Shown here: positions 29,442 through 39,290 of the stretch, piece by piece
Layout of the letters: each line of letters begins with the position of its first letter
Position numbering within the stretch: the first letter of the stretch is position 1
NCBI GenBank assembly: GCA_002773755.1
Contig: PFAG01000014.1
Span: 6,634 to 70,633 of the forward strand
Length of the DNA: 64,000 nt
Source of the DNA: Candidatus Colwellbacteria bacterium CG10_big_fil_rev_8_21_14_0_10_41_28
GTDB lineage: Bacteria; Patescibacteriota; Minisyncoccia; UBA6257; Colwellbacteraceae
Direction of reading: 5' to 3'
Made by a program: the position numbers and the translations under genes
The notes under the pieces: generated by a model
What the model saw: only the letters and a program-made list of their open reading frames with translations
Database searches by the model: none
What the model was told of the DNA's origin: nothing

Positions 29442-30462
29442 AAGTGTTGGAATAGATTTAGGGACAACTAATTTTCTTGTATATCTCAAAAATAGAGGAA
29501 TTGTAGTAGACGAGCCTACTCTAGTAGCCATCAACAATAGAACCAACCAAGTATTAGCCATAGGAGAAGAGGCAAAGAAGATGCTCGACAGGACTCCTGC
29601 TCATGTAAGACTTGTAAAACCACTTAGTGGGGGAGTTATTTCAGACTTTGAAGTTACAGAAGAAATCATAAAATATTTCCTAAGAAAGATTAGTGAAAAA
29701 AGTCTTTTCTCAAGATTCCATGTTGCTGCTGTTAGTATTCCAACCAACCTAACAGAGGTAGAAAGAAAATCGGTTGAAGATGCAGTTCTTTCGGCTGGAG
29801 CTACCAAAGTCCTTTTGGTTGAAGAGCCAATAGCTAGCGCAGTTGGAACTAGGCTACCGATTGAGGAAGCAACGGCTAACATGATTGTCGATATTGGAGG
29901 GGGAACTACCGAGATATCAATCATATCTGTTGGAGGAGCGGTTGTTTCGAAGAGTATTAAAATCGCTGGAAACAAATTCAACGAAGATATAATTCGATTC
30001 ATTAAGAATGAGTACAAATTATTGATAGGGGAGCCAACTGCAGAGAATCTTAAAATTAATGTTGGTTCAGCTATCCCAATAGAAGATAAGCTTGAGATGA
30101 AAGTCCGTGGAAGAGATATGTCGACCGGCCTGCCCAAAGAGATAACCGTTAGAGACATCCAGATAAGATCTGCTATGCAAAAATCGATTAAGAGTATAGG
30201 AGAAACTGTAAAAAATATCTTAGAAGAGTCTCCTCCTGAACTAGTGGGAGATGTCTTGGAAAGAGGGATCTTTCTCTCTGGTGGAGGGGCACTATTAAGA
30301 GGGATGGATAAATTTCTAGAAAAGGAAACTCAAGTTGATGTAACAGTTGTAGATGATCCATTAACTTGTGTCGTGAGGGGACTGGGGATAATCATCGAAG
30401 ACATTCCTCGATACGAAACAATTCTTTCAAACCAAGAAAAGCCAAAACCAATTAATCTATGA
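29416..30462 (+). CDS. mreB: rod shape-determining protein MreB (copy 2), heads mreBCD-mrdA cluster
   Basis: VGIDLGTTN.. actin-like ATPase; second paralog. Confidence 0.85.
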   Translation: MKLLKNLYKSVGIDLGTTNFLVYLKNRGIVVDEPTLVAINNRTNQVLAIGEEAKKMLDRTPAHVRLVKPLSGGVISDFEVTEEIIKYFLRKISEKSLFSRFHVAAVSIPTNLTEVERKSVEDAVLSAGATKVLLVEEPIASAVGTRLPIEEATANMIVDIGGGTTEISIISVGGAVVSKSIKIAGNKFNEDIIRFIKNEYKLLIGEPTAENLKINVGSAIPIEDKLEMKVRGRDMSTGLPKEITVRDIQIRSAMQKSIKSIGETVKNILEESPPELVGDVLERGIFLSGGGALLRGMDKFLEKETQVDVTVVDDPLTCVVRGLGIIIEDIPRYETILSNQEKPKPINL

Positions 30463-31124
30463 TCAAACCAAGATCAGTAATATGGGGTCTAACTATCTTG
30501 GCAGTGGTCCTAATTGTTGTTTTTGGATACAGAACAAAGCTGAGTTTGAGTAATGGTCTTGCCTCTGTGACCTCTAATATAAATCCCTTCAGTAGTCTTG
30601 AAAATCAAATAAAAGATCTTGAAGCTGAGAATTTAAGCCTTAGGGCCAGACTCTTAGAACAAGAAGTTTCTTCTGAAGATCAGATAAAAGTTTTCTCGAC
30701 ATATCCATTTAATAACAGGAGTGAAATTGCTATAGACGGGGGAAGAAATATCGGAATAGAGGTTAAGGATGTGGTTATTACTAACGGCAATATCCTTGTT
30801 GGAATAGTAAAAAGTGTTTCTAAGAGCACTAGTATAGTAACAACTATTTTCGATCCAACATTTGAAACTCCTGTTAGACTTGGCTCCTCTCAAATAGATG
30901 CCTTAGCTGTAGGCGGAAATATTCTTAAAGTTGATCTAATTCCAAAAGATACAGAAGTCAAAGTCGGTGATCTTGTTGTTAGCGCAGATAAGGATCTACC
31001 ATATGGCCTTACATTAGGAACAATCAACTCAATCGATGAGGGTAAGGAAGATGTTTTCAAAAGCGCTGATATAAGTCCAGGATTTGAAATAAAATCTCTT
31101 AGGAATGTCAGTATTTATCGTTAG
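30459..31124 (+). CDS. mreC: rod shape-determining protein MreC
   Basis: N-terminal TM, coiled coil, beta-rich C-domain; position after mreB. Confidence 0.65.
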   Translation: MIKPRSVIWGLTILAVVLIVVFGYRTKLSLSNGLASVTSNINPFSSLENQIKDLEAENLSLRARLLEQEVSSEDQIKVFSTYPFNNRSEIAIDGGRNIGIEVKDVVITNGNILVGIVKSVSKSTSIVTTIFDPTFETPVRLGSSQIDALAVGGNILKVDLIPKDTEVKVGDLVVSADKDLPYGLTLGTINSIDEGKEDVFKSADISPGFEIKSLRNVSIYR

Positions 31125-31551
31125 TCTTTTAGCCTCATATCTATTTGGACTGATCCAGTTTCAAAATATATTAGTCTTCTTTGGAGTTAAGGCTAATCTG
31201 CTACTAGCATTAGGGATAGCCTATGGAATTCTAGAAGAAAATTGGCTTAGAAGAATTCTTCTAACCTTTTCTATAACCGGGATAATATCTTTCTATATCA
31301 TTCCAGATGGAACACTTTTCATATTCGCAGCCGGTATTCTTCTTGGTTTTGCCCTTATAGATTATCTCCCTTGGGCTAAAGAAATTAACGGAACGGTAGC
31401 TATTATCTTAATCACACTAGCTCTTAATCTAGATGCAGTAAGTATTATTAGAATATCTATTGCTTCAATAATAAATGTTGGTTCCTTCCTTGCTATATAT
31501 AAATTGATAAAATATATAGACGGGAAACTTAATCCCTATAGGTATCTATAA
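31105..31551 (+). CDS. mreD: MreD-like membrane protein
   Basis: Small polytopic membrane protein between mreC and PBP2. Confidence 0.4.
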   Translation: MSVFIVSLLASYLFGLIQFQNILVFFGVKANLLLALGIAYGILEENWLRRILLTFSITGIISFYIIPDGTLFIFAAGILLGFALIDYLPWAKEINGTVAIILITLALNLDAVSIIRISIASIINVGSFLAIYKLIKYIDGKLNPYRYL

Positions 31552-31554
31552 AAA

Positions 31555-33405
31555 ATGAAGAAAAGCTTTAAAAGAGAAATCCATTTTGAAGAAGTGGTGG
31601 CCGATACCATATCTGCTCCATACCTAAACAGGGTTGAGAAACCAATTAGCCAAAACGTCTTTTATATCTTTTTTCTTGCCTTCGTACTCCTTGGCTCAAT
31701 TTTTGCGATCAGAACAACTGTGCTCGCTGGTATCAATGGAGATTCATACAAGGAGCGAGCCAACAGCAACATTAATCAGAATATTCCCTTAATTGCTCCT
31801 CGGGGAATCATTACGGATAGAAATGGAGAACCGCTAGTAGAGAATCAGGCAGTTTTCAGCGTTTTCTTAAATGTTGATCAAATGGTTTTAAATAATGAGC
31901 GTGACGAGGTTCTAAGAGCTACTAAAGATATATTGGGAATTGAAAGCGCGGATGTTTTGAGACTGATTGAAGATACTAATCTTGAAGACTACAGCGATAT
32001 TATAATTGCTCGTGAGGCAACCAGAGAACACGTCTTGGAGGTTAAGGGGTTGAATCTAACCTCTCTTAATGTAGAAGAGAGTTTCAAGCGAGACTACAAA
32101 GAAGAGGCTTTCTCTCATGTTGTTGGGTATGTCAGTCTTGCATCAAAGGAGGATCTTCGAGACAACGAGAGTATTATTTTAAACGAGTTTGTTGGAAGAG
32201 ATGGGTTGGAGCTTACATACGACAATGTTTTAAGAGGGGAGAATGGTTCCGTTACTCTGGCTAGAAATTCCATAGGGGATATAGACGAAATCCTTAAAAC
32301 AAAAGATCCAGTTGTTGGAGAAACACTTCAGACAACCATAGATGCCGATCTCCAAAGATATTTTTATGAACGTATGGGTGAGGGCCTTAGGTTGTTAAAC
32401 AGGAAAAGAGGCCTGGGTATTGCTATAGACCCAAGAAATGGAGAAATCCTTTCTTTAATCAGCTATCCATCCTTCGATTCGAATGATGTTTCCCCATATC
32501 TTAACGATAAAGACCTCCCTCTCTTTAATAGAGCTGTCTCTGGTGTATATAATCCGGGCTCAACAATAAAGCCTTTTCACGCAACAGCTGCCTTGAATGA
32601 AGAGATTATCGACCCGAGTAAAGAGATCTACTCAGCTGGGTATATAGAAATTCCTAACCCATACTTCCCAGACCAACCGAGTATCTTTGTAGACTGGAAG
32701 GCACATGGGTGGGTTGATATATATTCCGCTCTAGCCAAATCAAGCAACATCTATTTCTATGCCATAGGGGGAGGATTTGAAGACCAAGAGGGGTTGGGAA
32801 TAGATCGGTTAAATAAATATTGGAGAACTTTTGGTTTTGATAAAAAAACTGGGATAGATCTACCGAATGAATCAAAAGGGTTCCTACCTAATCCGGATGA
32901 GAAGGAAAACAGGACCGATATAATCTGGAGATTAGGAGACACATATAACGTATCAATAGGCCAAGGAGATCTTTCCATAACGCCCCTAGAGCTCGTTGCT
33001 GGAATCTCAGCCCTAGTTAACGATGGAATCGGATATACCCCTCACCTGCACAAGAAAACAGTTCCAGAAATATTCATCAATATTTCAGAAATGAAAAACA
33101 AGCTCGAAATAATTGATAAGGGGATGCAAGACACAATATATAAGCCATATGGAACCGGGAATCTCCTCCAGAACATTCCAATGATAATTGGTGGTAAGAC
33201 TGGTAGTGCCCAGGTTTTTGGGAATACTCAAACCAATGCTCTCTTTGTGGCATATGCAGCAAAAGATGAAGAGAGTAAACCAGAGATACTCATTTTGGTT
33301 CTAGTCGAAGATGCAAAAGAGGGGAGTCTTAACACTGTTCCAATAGTGAAAGATGTTCTTGAATGGTATTATGACAACAGAATAAAAACCGATGCCCAAG
33401 AGTAA
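31555..33405 (+). CDS. mrdA: penicillin-binding protein 2 (class B transpeptidase)
   Basis: Dimerisation + transpeptidase domain, KTGS motif. Confidence 0.8.
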   Translation: MKKSFKREIHFEEVVADTISAPYLNRVEKPISQNVFYIFFLAFVLLGSIFAIRTTVLAGINGDSYKERANSNINQNIPLIAPRGIITDRNGEPLVENQAVFSVFLNVDQMVLNNERDEVLRATKDILGIESADVLRLIEDTNLEDYSDIIIAREATREHVLEVKGLNLTSLNVEESFKRDYKEEAFSHVVGYVSLASKEDLRDNESIILNEFVGRDGLELTYDNVLRGENGSVTLARNSIGDIDEILKTKDPVVGETLQTTIDADLQRYFYERMGEGLRLLNRKRGLGIAIDPRNGEILSLISYPSFDSNDVSPYLNDKDLPLFNRAVSGVYNPGSTIKPFHATAALNEEIIDPSKEIYSAGYIEIPNPYFPDQPSIFVDWKAHGWVDIYSALAKSSNIYFYAIGGGFEDQEGLGIDRLNKYWRTFGFDKKTGIDLPNESKGFLPNPDEKENRTDIIWRLGDTYNVSIGQGDLSITPLELVAGISALVNDGIGYTPHLHKKTVPEIFINISEMKNKLEIIDKGMQDTIYKPYGTGNLLQNIPMIIGGKTGSAQVFGNTQTNALFVAYAAKDEESKPEILILVLVEDAKEGSLNTVPIVKDVLEWYYDNRIKTDAQE

Positions 33406-34393
33406 TACTTCAGAGCTAAGACAAGATTTAACATCAGGAGACTGGGTAATATTTGCCGCTAGTAGGGGTAAAAAGCCTAACGATTTTGCTAAAAAAACTA
33501 ATATAAAGAGACAACCAAGGGCTTCTTGTGTTTTTGAAAATCCTAAAAAGGCTGGTGGGGGAGTTTTAATTTCTTCATATCCAGATGGCGAGAGAAAATG
33601 GAGGGTTCAAGTTGTTCCAAACAAATATCCTGCAGTTCAAGTAAGCTCCGGAAAAGCTACTCTTAAAAAAGATGGATTTTTTAACTCTATAAAGGGGTAT
33701 GGTCATCACGAGCTTGTAATAACGAAACATCACCATAAAAATTTCCCAAGACTTGATATCAATGATGCATATCTACTCTTCACCGTATTTAAAGAGAGAT
33801 ATCTAAATATCGCTAAAGACAAGAATAGTAGATACATTTCCATCTTTCATAACTGGGGGCCAAAGGCGGGTGCTTCGATCTATCATCCTCACTATCAAAT
33901 AATCTCTACTCCTGTAGTTCCTCCAATCTCAGCACACAGCCTTGATAATGCAAAAATCTTTCACGAAAAGATGGGTCTTTGTGCACACTGCACTCAAATA
34001 GACGAGGCAAAACGCTCCAAGAATAGAGTTATCCATGAAGACGAACTCTCCATTGCCTTTGCCCCATATGCGGTAAAAGAACCTTTTGAGTTTAGAGTCT
34101 CTCCAAAGGGTCATACTCCTTTTTTCGAACAATCCACAGAATATGAGATCCATTCAGTTGTCCAAAGTCTCTCTATGGCTCTCAATAAGCTTGAGAAAAC
34201 TCTTAAGGGTGTAAATTACAACTTCTATATCCACACCGCTCCAGTTAAAGACAGAAAGAAATATGGATATTATCACTGGCATCTTCAAGTTGTCCCAAGG
34301 GTTAATCTCTCAGCCGGATTTGAATTAACAACTGGCATAGAGGTTAACTCAGTGCTACCAGAAATAGCAGTCAAAGAGTTAAACAAAAACTAA
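33392..34393 (+). CDS. GalT-family (HIT superfamily) nucleotidyltransferase/phosphorylase
   Basis: Zn-site CxxC/HxH-like residues and HPHYQ (cf. HPHGQ of GalT). Confidence 0.55.
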   Translation: MPKSNTSELRQDLTSGDWVIFAASRGKKPNDFAKKTNIKRQPRASCVFENPKKAGGGVLISSYPDGERKWRVQVVPNKYPAVQVSSGKATLKKDGFFNSIKGYGHHELVITKHHHKNFPRLDINDAYLLFTVFKERYLNIAKDKNSRYISIFHNWGPKAGASIYHPHYQIISTPVVPPISAHSLDNAKIFHEKMGLCAHCTQIDEAKRSKNRVIHEDELSIAFAPYAVKEPFEFRVSPKGHTPFFEQSTEYEIHSVVQSLSMALNKLEKTLKGVNYNFYIHTAPVKDRKKYGYYHWHLQVVPRVNLSAGFELTTGIEVNSVLPEIAVKELNKN

Positions 34394-35025
34394 TGATAAG
34401 TAGCATCCTGGAAACACTTTCTCAGTTTATTTTAGCCACCATTGAAGCTTGGGGTTATTGGGGTGTTTTTTTTCTTATGTTCCTAGACAATGCAAACATC
34501 CCAATCCCTTCTGAAGTCATCATGCCCTTCTCTGGTTTTCTAGCCTTTACTGGAACATTCTCATTTTGGCCTGTTGTTTGGGTTGGTACTGCTGGAAGTC
34601 TTTTTGGTTCATGGCTTTCATACTATATGGCCATACATTTCCATAGATGGACTGAGAAATGGATGCAGGGAACAATTGCATACGAAACTAGTAAGAAGTG
34701 GTTTGAAAAATATGGGGTAGCAGCCGCTTTTTGGGGAAGATTAATTCCTGGAGTTAGGACCTTTATTTCATTCCCAGCCGGAATGTTCAAGGTTAACTTT
34801 GCGAAATTTTCTATATATACATTTATAGCCTCCTTCATTTGGGCACTTATTCTCACGTATCCTGGATACTATCTCGGAGAGAACTGGGAATCACTTGGAC
34901 CAATAGTTCATAAATACGATGTTCTAATACTTGGTATAATTGTTGCAGGAGGGGCTGCAGCTTTTTGGCTCCATCATGGAAAAAAGAAAAATGACAAAGC
35001 TAGTAGTAGCGAATTGGAAACTTAA
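34393..35025 (+). CDS. DedA family membrane protein
   Basis: DedA/SNARE-associated motif region (GRLIPGVRTFISFPAG). Confidence 0.7.
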   Translation: MISSILETLSQFILATIEAWGYWGVFFLMFLDNANIPIPSEVIMPFSGFLAFTGTFSFWPVVWVGTAGSLFGSWLSYYMAIHFHRWTEKWMQGTIAYETSKKWFEKYGVAAAFWGRLIPGVRTFISFPAGMFKVNFAKFSIYTFIASFIWALILTYPGYYLGENWESLGPIVHKYDVLILGIIVAGGAAAFWLHHGKKKNDKASSSELET

Positions 35026-35707
35026 TCCACTGGGCCTCAAAGAGGCTATCTCTTTGGCTAAAAGAACAGATCTTAAAAATGCCATAATTTGCCCCCCCTT
35101 TATCTTTATCGAAGAGGTGGGTAAAACCATTAAAAGGGCAAAGTTAGGCGCTCAGGACGCGTTTTGGGCCAATATTGGAGCATATACAGGCGAAGTCTCT
35201 ATAGATCAGTTAAAAAGACTCAAAGTTAAGTATATAATCGTCGGGCATAGCGAAAGAAGAAAAGAGCTAGAAGAAACTGACGCTATGATTAATCTCAAAA
35301 TTAAGACAGCAGTTCGCGAAAAGGTAACCCCAATTCTTTGTATCGGAGAAAGTAAATCTATTTACAAAAAAGGAATTAAGGCAACGGAGAATCATCTCAA
35401 GAAGCAGTTAACTAAGGACTTGAGTGGTGTAAAGAAGAGGTCTAAATTGATTGTGGCTTATGAGCCAATTTGGGAAATCGGGAGCAAAAGAGCTGATACT
35501 CCTCAGAGATCGATTAAGATGGTTGGGTTTATTAGAGAGACTTTAGATAAATTGGGACACCGGGGTGTTAAAATTCTATATGGAGGTTCTGTACATGGAG
35601 ACAATGCGAACATCTTCTTGGACGAAAAGAATATAGACGGAGTTTTAGTCGGTGGGGCAAGTCTCAAACCTCATGATTTTAGAAAAATAGTTGATGAAGC
35701 TAAATAA
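34991..35707 (+). CDS. tpiA: triosephosphate isomerase
   Basis: ANWKLN, GHSERR, AYEPIWEIGS, YGGSV; overlaps dedA 3' end. Confidence 0.85.
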   Translation: MTKLVVANWKLNPLGLKEAISLAKRTDLKNAIICPPFIFIEEVGKTIKRAKLGAQDAFWANIGAYTGEVSIDQLKRLKVKYIIVGHSERRKELEETDAMINLKIKTAVREKVTPILCIGESKSIYKKGIKATENHLKKQLTKDLSGVKKRSKLIVAYEPIWEIGSKRADTPQRSIKMVGFIRETLDKLGHRGVKILYGGSVHGDNANIFLDEKNIDGVLVGGASLKPHDFRKIVDEAK

Positions 35708-36296
35708 TATTCAAATAGCTCTTATTGCTTCACTTTTAGTAGGGCTACTTACGATACCAACCATTAACAACCTTCCTCTTCCTGAAGCCATTAAATCATT
35801 TGGAACTTTTAAGGTTGCTATCTCTTTAGGCCTCCTTACTCTCATTGGATATCTAGTTGCAGAGGTCCTATCCAAATGGGTCGCCATATTCAAGGAGCTT
35901 GGTAGGTTCGCAGTTGTTGGAGTATTGAACACCGTTTTAGATTTTGCCATCTTCAATCTTCTAATAAGTTCTTTTGCAATTTCAGAGGGACCTCTCGCTA
36001 GTCTATTTAAGGGAGTTTCTTTTATAGTAGCTGTCATAAACAGTTACTACTGGAATAAATATTGGACTTTTGATTCGCACAAAGTTGTTAAGGGTAAAGA
36101 GTTTATTCAATTCATAATAATCAGCCTCGTAGGATTTGGCATTAATGTTGGAACCTTCTCTCTAGTTGCTAACCTGATTGGAGCTCCAGAGAATATCGAC
36201 CCAACCACTTGGGCCAATATTGGAGCTCTTGTCGGAACTTTCGCTGGCCTTGCCTGGAACTTCATCGGATATAAACTTGTCGTTTTTAAGAAATAA
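35691..36296 (+). CDS. GtrA-family membrane protein
   Basis: RFAVVGVLNTVLDFAIFN..YYWNKYWTF GtrA-like. Confidence 0.55.
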   Translation: MMKLNNIQIALIASLLVGLLTIPTINNLPLPEAIKSFGTFKVAISLGLLTLIGYLVAEVLSKWVAIFKELGRFAVVGVLNTVLDFAIFNLLISSFAISEGPLASLFKGVSFIVAVINSYYWNKYWTFDSHKVVKGKEFIQFIIISLVGFGINVGTFSLVANLIGAPENIDPTTWANIGALVGTFAGLAWNFIGYKLVVFKK

Positions 36297-36370
36297 GTAT
36301 AGTATGTTCCGGAGTGAGTTAACTCTTTAACGATGATATCGGCTGAAGAGTTCTCCCGAGCCTACATTGA

Positions 36371-36407
36371 TTAGCCTCCGCCTCGCGCGGGGGCTAATCT
36401 TTTTTGT
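36371..36407 (+). terminator. intrinsic terminator (TTAGCCTCCGCC..GCGGGGGCTAA + T6)
   Basis: GC-rich hairpin followed by TCTTTTTT. Confidence 0.5.
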
Positions 36408-36412
36408 ATAAT
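36405..36412 (+). promoter_or_regulatory. extended -10 (TGTATAAT) only 8 nt upstream of pgk ATG (leaderless mRNA candidate)
   Basis: TGTATAAT at 36405-36412; ATG at 36421. Confidence 0.35.
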
Positions 36413-36420
36413 GAGTCCAT

Positions 36421-37491
36421 ATGAATTACCTCATCAGAGTCAATCTTGATATTGATCCAGACAAGACTAAAAATAACCCACGCTTCAAAGAGGTGGTCGA
36501 AGTAATCGATGGTTTTGTTAACCAATCCGATAAGGTTATTCTTCTAGCCCATAGGGGCAGGCCAAAAGGAGTTCAAAAGAAACTATCTCTCGAACCATTC
36601 ACTGATAAAATAAAAAATGCTACAGGTCAAAATATTAAGTTCTTCGGTGGTTTTGAGTTTAAAGAGATACGAAGGGAAATAGAGAAAGGTAGTGAAAGGG
36701 TGTATCTCCTCGAGAATTTAAGATTCTTAAATGGTGAAGTCAAAAACAGTAAAGGGTTAGCAAAGAAGCTTGCATCTCTAGGAGATGAATATATAAATGA
36801 TGATTTCGGAACAAGTCACAGAGCCCACGCCTCAATCTCAGCAATAACAAAATATCTTCCTAGTCAGATCGGTCCTCACTTCAAAGAAGAGATCAGCTTT
36901 CTTAAATCCTTTACAGAGAAACCGCTTAGACCACTCATTCTAGTTGTTGGTGGAGCAAAATCCGAGGACAAATTAGCTGTCGTTGAAAGTCTATTGGACA
37001 ATGTGGACAAAGTTATTCTAGGAGGTGGCCCAGCCAACACGCTTCTCAAAGCAAGCGGGGTTGATGTTGGAGGCTCTATATATGATCCAAAGTTAGCTAA
37101 AAATATGGGTTGGCTTATTAATCATCCTAAAGTATCTCTTCCAATAGACTGGAAAGAAAACAGAGGAAGAATTCTTGATGTCGGCCCAGATACAATAAAG
37201 ATGCACACCAAAATATTGGAAGAGGCTAACTCTGTAATCTGGAGTGGCCCAATCGGTTTTTTTGAAAAAGAAAAATTTAGTGCAGGCACAGAAAATATTA
37301 TCGACTCTCTTACAAAAATAAATCCACCGATTTCTTTAGTCGGAGGAGGGGATACTGTCGCAAGTCTCAATCTACTAAGCTCTAAGAAGCTCCCCGAAGA
37401 ACTTCACATTTCAACTGGAGGGAGTGCTATGCTAACCTACCTAGCAGGCAAAGAGCTTCCAGCTCTTACAGCTCTAGACCAAAATGTATAA
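36421..37491 (+). CDS. pgk: phosphoglycerate kinase
   Basis: PGK motifs incl. RAHAS and C-terminal GGGD..ST.GGA. Confidence 0.85.
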   Translation: MNYLIRVNLDIDPDKTKNNPRFKEVVEVIDGFVNQSDKVILLAHRGRPKGVQKKLSLEPFTDKIKNATGQNIKFFGGFEFKEIRREIEKGSERVYLLENLRFLNGEVKNSKGLAKKLASLGDEYINDDFGTSHRAHASISAITKYLPSQIGPHFKEEISFLKSFTEKPLRPLILVVGGAKSEDKLAVVESLLDNVDKVILGGGPANTLLKASGVDVGGSIYDPKLAKNMGWLINHPKVSLPIDWKENRGRILDVGPDTIKMHTKILEEANSVIWSGPIGFFEKEKFSAGTENIIDSLTKINPPISLVGGGDTVASLNLLSSKKLPEELHISTGGSAMLTYLAGKELPALTALDQNV

Positions 37492-38056
37492 CTTTAAAGA
37501 CTCAGGAAATAGAAATAGAGATCTCTGTTTTTTTGATCTCGAAGCAACAGGCTTAAGTGCTTATTCTGAGATATTAGAAATCGGAGCTATTAGAATAGAA
37601 ACAGACAGCCTTAATATTATGGAAGAGTTTTCTACTAAAACCCTACCTGAGAGGATTGAGACAGCTGATCCAGAAGCACTCGAAGTAGTTGGCTATGACG
37701 AAAAGGTTTGGAAAAAAGAAGCTATTCCAATTAAAGAAGCTTTGGAAAAATTCTTGGTATTCGCAGAAGACTGTGTTCTAGTGGCTCACAACCTTCCATT
37801 CGATTGGATGTGGCTCCAAAGGTCTCTTGAAGATAATGGACTTAATCCCACCTTCTTCTATCACGGGTTAGATACAATTTCCCTAGCATGGCTAAAGACT
37901 CAGCAGGATAAGATCAAAACTGGTTTGAGTCTAAAAAATCTTTCAAGACAGTTTGATATAGATATGGGTACCCATCACAATGCCCTAGAGGATGCTAAAA
38001 CGGCATACAATATTTTTGTTAAACTAATAGAGACAGATGAAGAAGCTGATAATTAA
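37484..38056 (+). CDS. DEDDh 3'-5' exonuclease (DnaQ/epsilon-like)
   Basis: FFDLEATGL (Exo I), HNLPFD, HNALEDA (Exo III). Confidence 0.7.
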   Translation: MYNFKDSGNRNRDLCFFDLEATGLSAYSEILEIGAIRIETDSLNIMEEFSTKTLPERIETADPEALEVVGYDEKVWKKEAIPIKEALEKFLVFAEDCVLVAHNLPFDWMWLQRSLEDNGLNPTFFYHGLDTISLAWLKTQQDKIKTGLSLKNLSRQFDIDMGTHHNALEDAKTAYNIFVKLIETDEEADN

Positions 38057-38444
38057 TACAGATGGAGGTTCCAGAGGAAACCCTGGTCCAGCAGCACTTG
38101 GCGCTGTAGTGGGGGATAAGGAATATTTTCAGAAGCTTGGGAACACAACTAATAATATTGCAGAATATTCTGCCGTAATTTTCGCTCTCAAAAAAGCTAA
38201 ACAGTTGATCGGTAAAGATAAGTGTAAAGAAACTGAAATAGATCTAAGAACTGATAGTGAGCTTTTGTGTAAACAACTTAATGCAGAGTATAAGATAAGA
38301 GACGAAGATCTTATTCCACTATTTATAGAAGTCTGGAACTTAAGACAAGACTTTGGAAAAGTTAATTTCATCCACGTTAGAAGAGAGAACAACAAAGAAG
38401 CTGATAGGTTAGTTAACAGAGCTCTAGACGATTTAGGTATATAA
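38037..38444 (+). CDS. rnhA: ribonuclease HI
   Basis: TDGGSRGNPGPAA..NN.AEY.A.. RNase H fold motifs. Confidence 0.8.
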   Translation: MKKLIINTDGGSRGNPGPAALGAVVGDKEYFQKLGNTTNNIAEYSAVIFALKKAKQLIGKDKCKETEIDLRTDSELLCKQLNAEYKIRDEDLIPLFIEVWNLRQDFGKVNFIHVRRENNKEADRLVNRALDDLGI

Positions 38445-38484
38445 AAGTTAAGAGTCCCCACAGCGATTTCTTGCTGTGGGGACT
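38441..38484 (-). terminator. hairpin AGTCCCCACAGC-GATTTCTT-GCTGTGGGGACT downstream of minus-strand small ORF
   Basis: 12-bp perfect stem; on minus strand followed by CTTAACTTTTAT. Confidence 0.45.
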
Positions 38485-38520
38485 CAGAATACAAGGAGAG
38501 ACGAACTCTCCGGCTTGAGG

Positions 38521-38652
38521 TTCAGGACTTTCTGATAACTCGCAGTGTGCGAGTGTTCCGATCTCGCTGGCACATGTACGCGAGCATCCACCCGATGCCA
38601 ATGAGGCACAGGACGGTTAGAACGATGACGTTGACGAGGCCGGGATCAATCA
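38521..38652 (-). CDS. 43-aa small membrane peptide (MIDPGLVNVIVLTVLCLIGIGWMLAYMCQRDRNTRTLRVIRKS)
   Basis: GGGAGG 6 nt upstream of ATG; single TM helix plus Arg-rich tail; below the 60-aa ORF-track cutoff; GC-rich island. Confidence 0.4.
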
Positions 38653-38852
38653 TGATCTACCTCCCTCTGAATCATTCCTGGTGACTGCCAGGTCGAGCCC
38701 ATTGTCTCGGTTGAGACGAGCTTTTCTACGCACCAAATTTGTTGATATGCAGGAAAGCTCATCTCAAATACTGAACCTCTATGGAGTCAAAGAACTTACT
38801 AGAAATAGTGCAACATTCCTGAGTAGATGTCAAAAATAGAGGCTAATTCTAT

Positions 38853-38880
38853 TTACATAAAAAGCCCGTTGTGGTATAAA
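38853..38880 (+). promoter_or_regulatory. rnpB promoter TTTACA-16-TGgTATAAA
   Basis: Near-consensus -35/-10 with extended TG, ~8 nt before predicted RNA 5' end. Confidence 0.5.
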
Positions 38881-38883
38881 TGG

Positions 38884-39290
38884 GGTGAGGTAATTCAGGC
38901 AATAGCCTTCTTTTTTTACCCGATATTGCTCTGTAACGATTGATCTTTACCTAAAGGGTAATAATAAAAGAGGGAGGAAAGTCCGGACACCTACTTGGTT
39001 TTCCAGGTTAAAAAGGTAGCGGGTAATACCCGTCGTGCGAAAGCATAGGGGTGCGAGCAGAGACGCTGCAATATCGAGAGATACGCAGGAGCCCGATCCC
39101 AACGTAGACGGCTCAACTCAGTTATAGGGATAAAAGACTGAGGTGAAACGGCTAAATCCCTACCCAGGTGCAAGGCCGAGCTCCGACATTCGGAGAGTGC
39201 CGCTAGAACTATTGAGCAATCATTAGTCCAGATAGATTATTGCCACCTTCTTCGGAAGGGACAGAATCCGGCTTATGAATTGCCTCCAAA
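38884..39290 (+). ncRNA. rnpB: RNase P RNA (bacterial type A), ends approximate
   Basis: Universal P4 motifs GAGGAAAGTCCGG.. and ..ACAGAATCCGGCTTAT; GNRA-type elements; GC-rich relative to surroundings. Confidence 0.85.

Noticed and set aside
34940-34990. Track start of tpiA at 34940 (MLQEGLQLF..)
   Set aside because: This N-terminal extension overlaps 85 nt of dedA and does not resemble TPI. The start was moved to 34991 (MTKLVVANWKLN).
38991-39173. 60-aa minus-strand ORF
   Set aside because: Lies entirely inside RNase P RNA (rnpB), so it is spurious.
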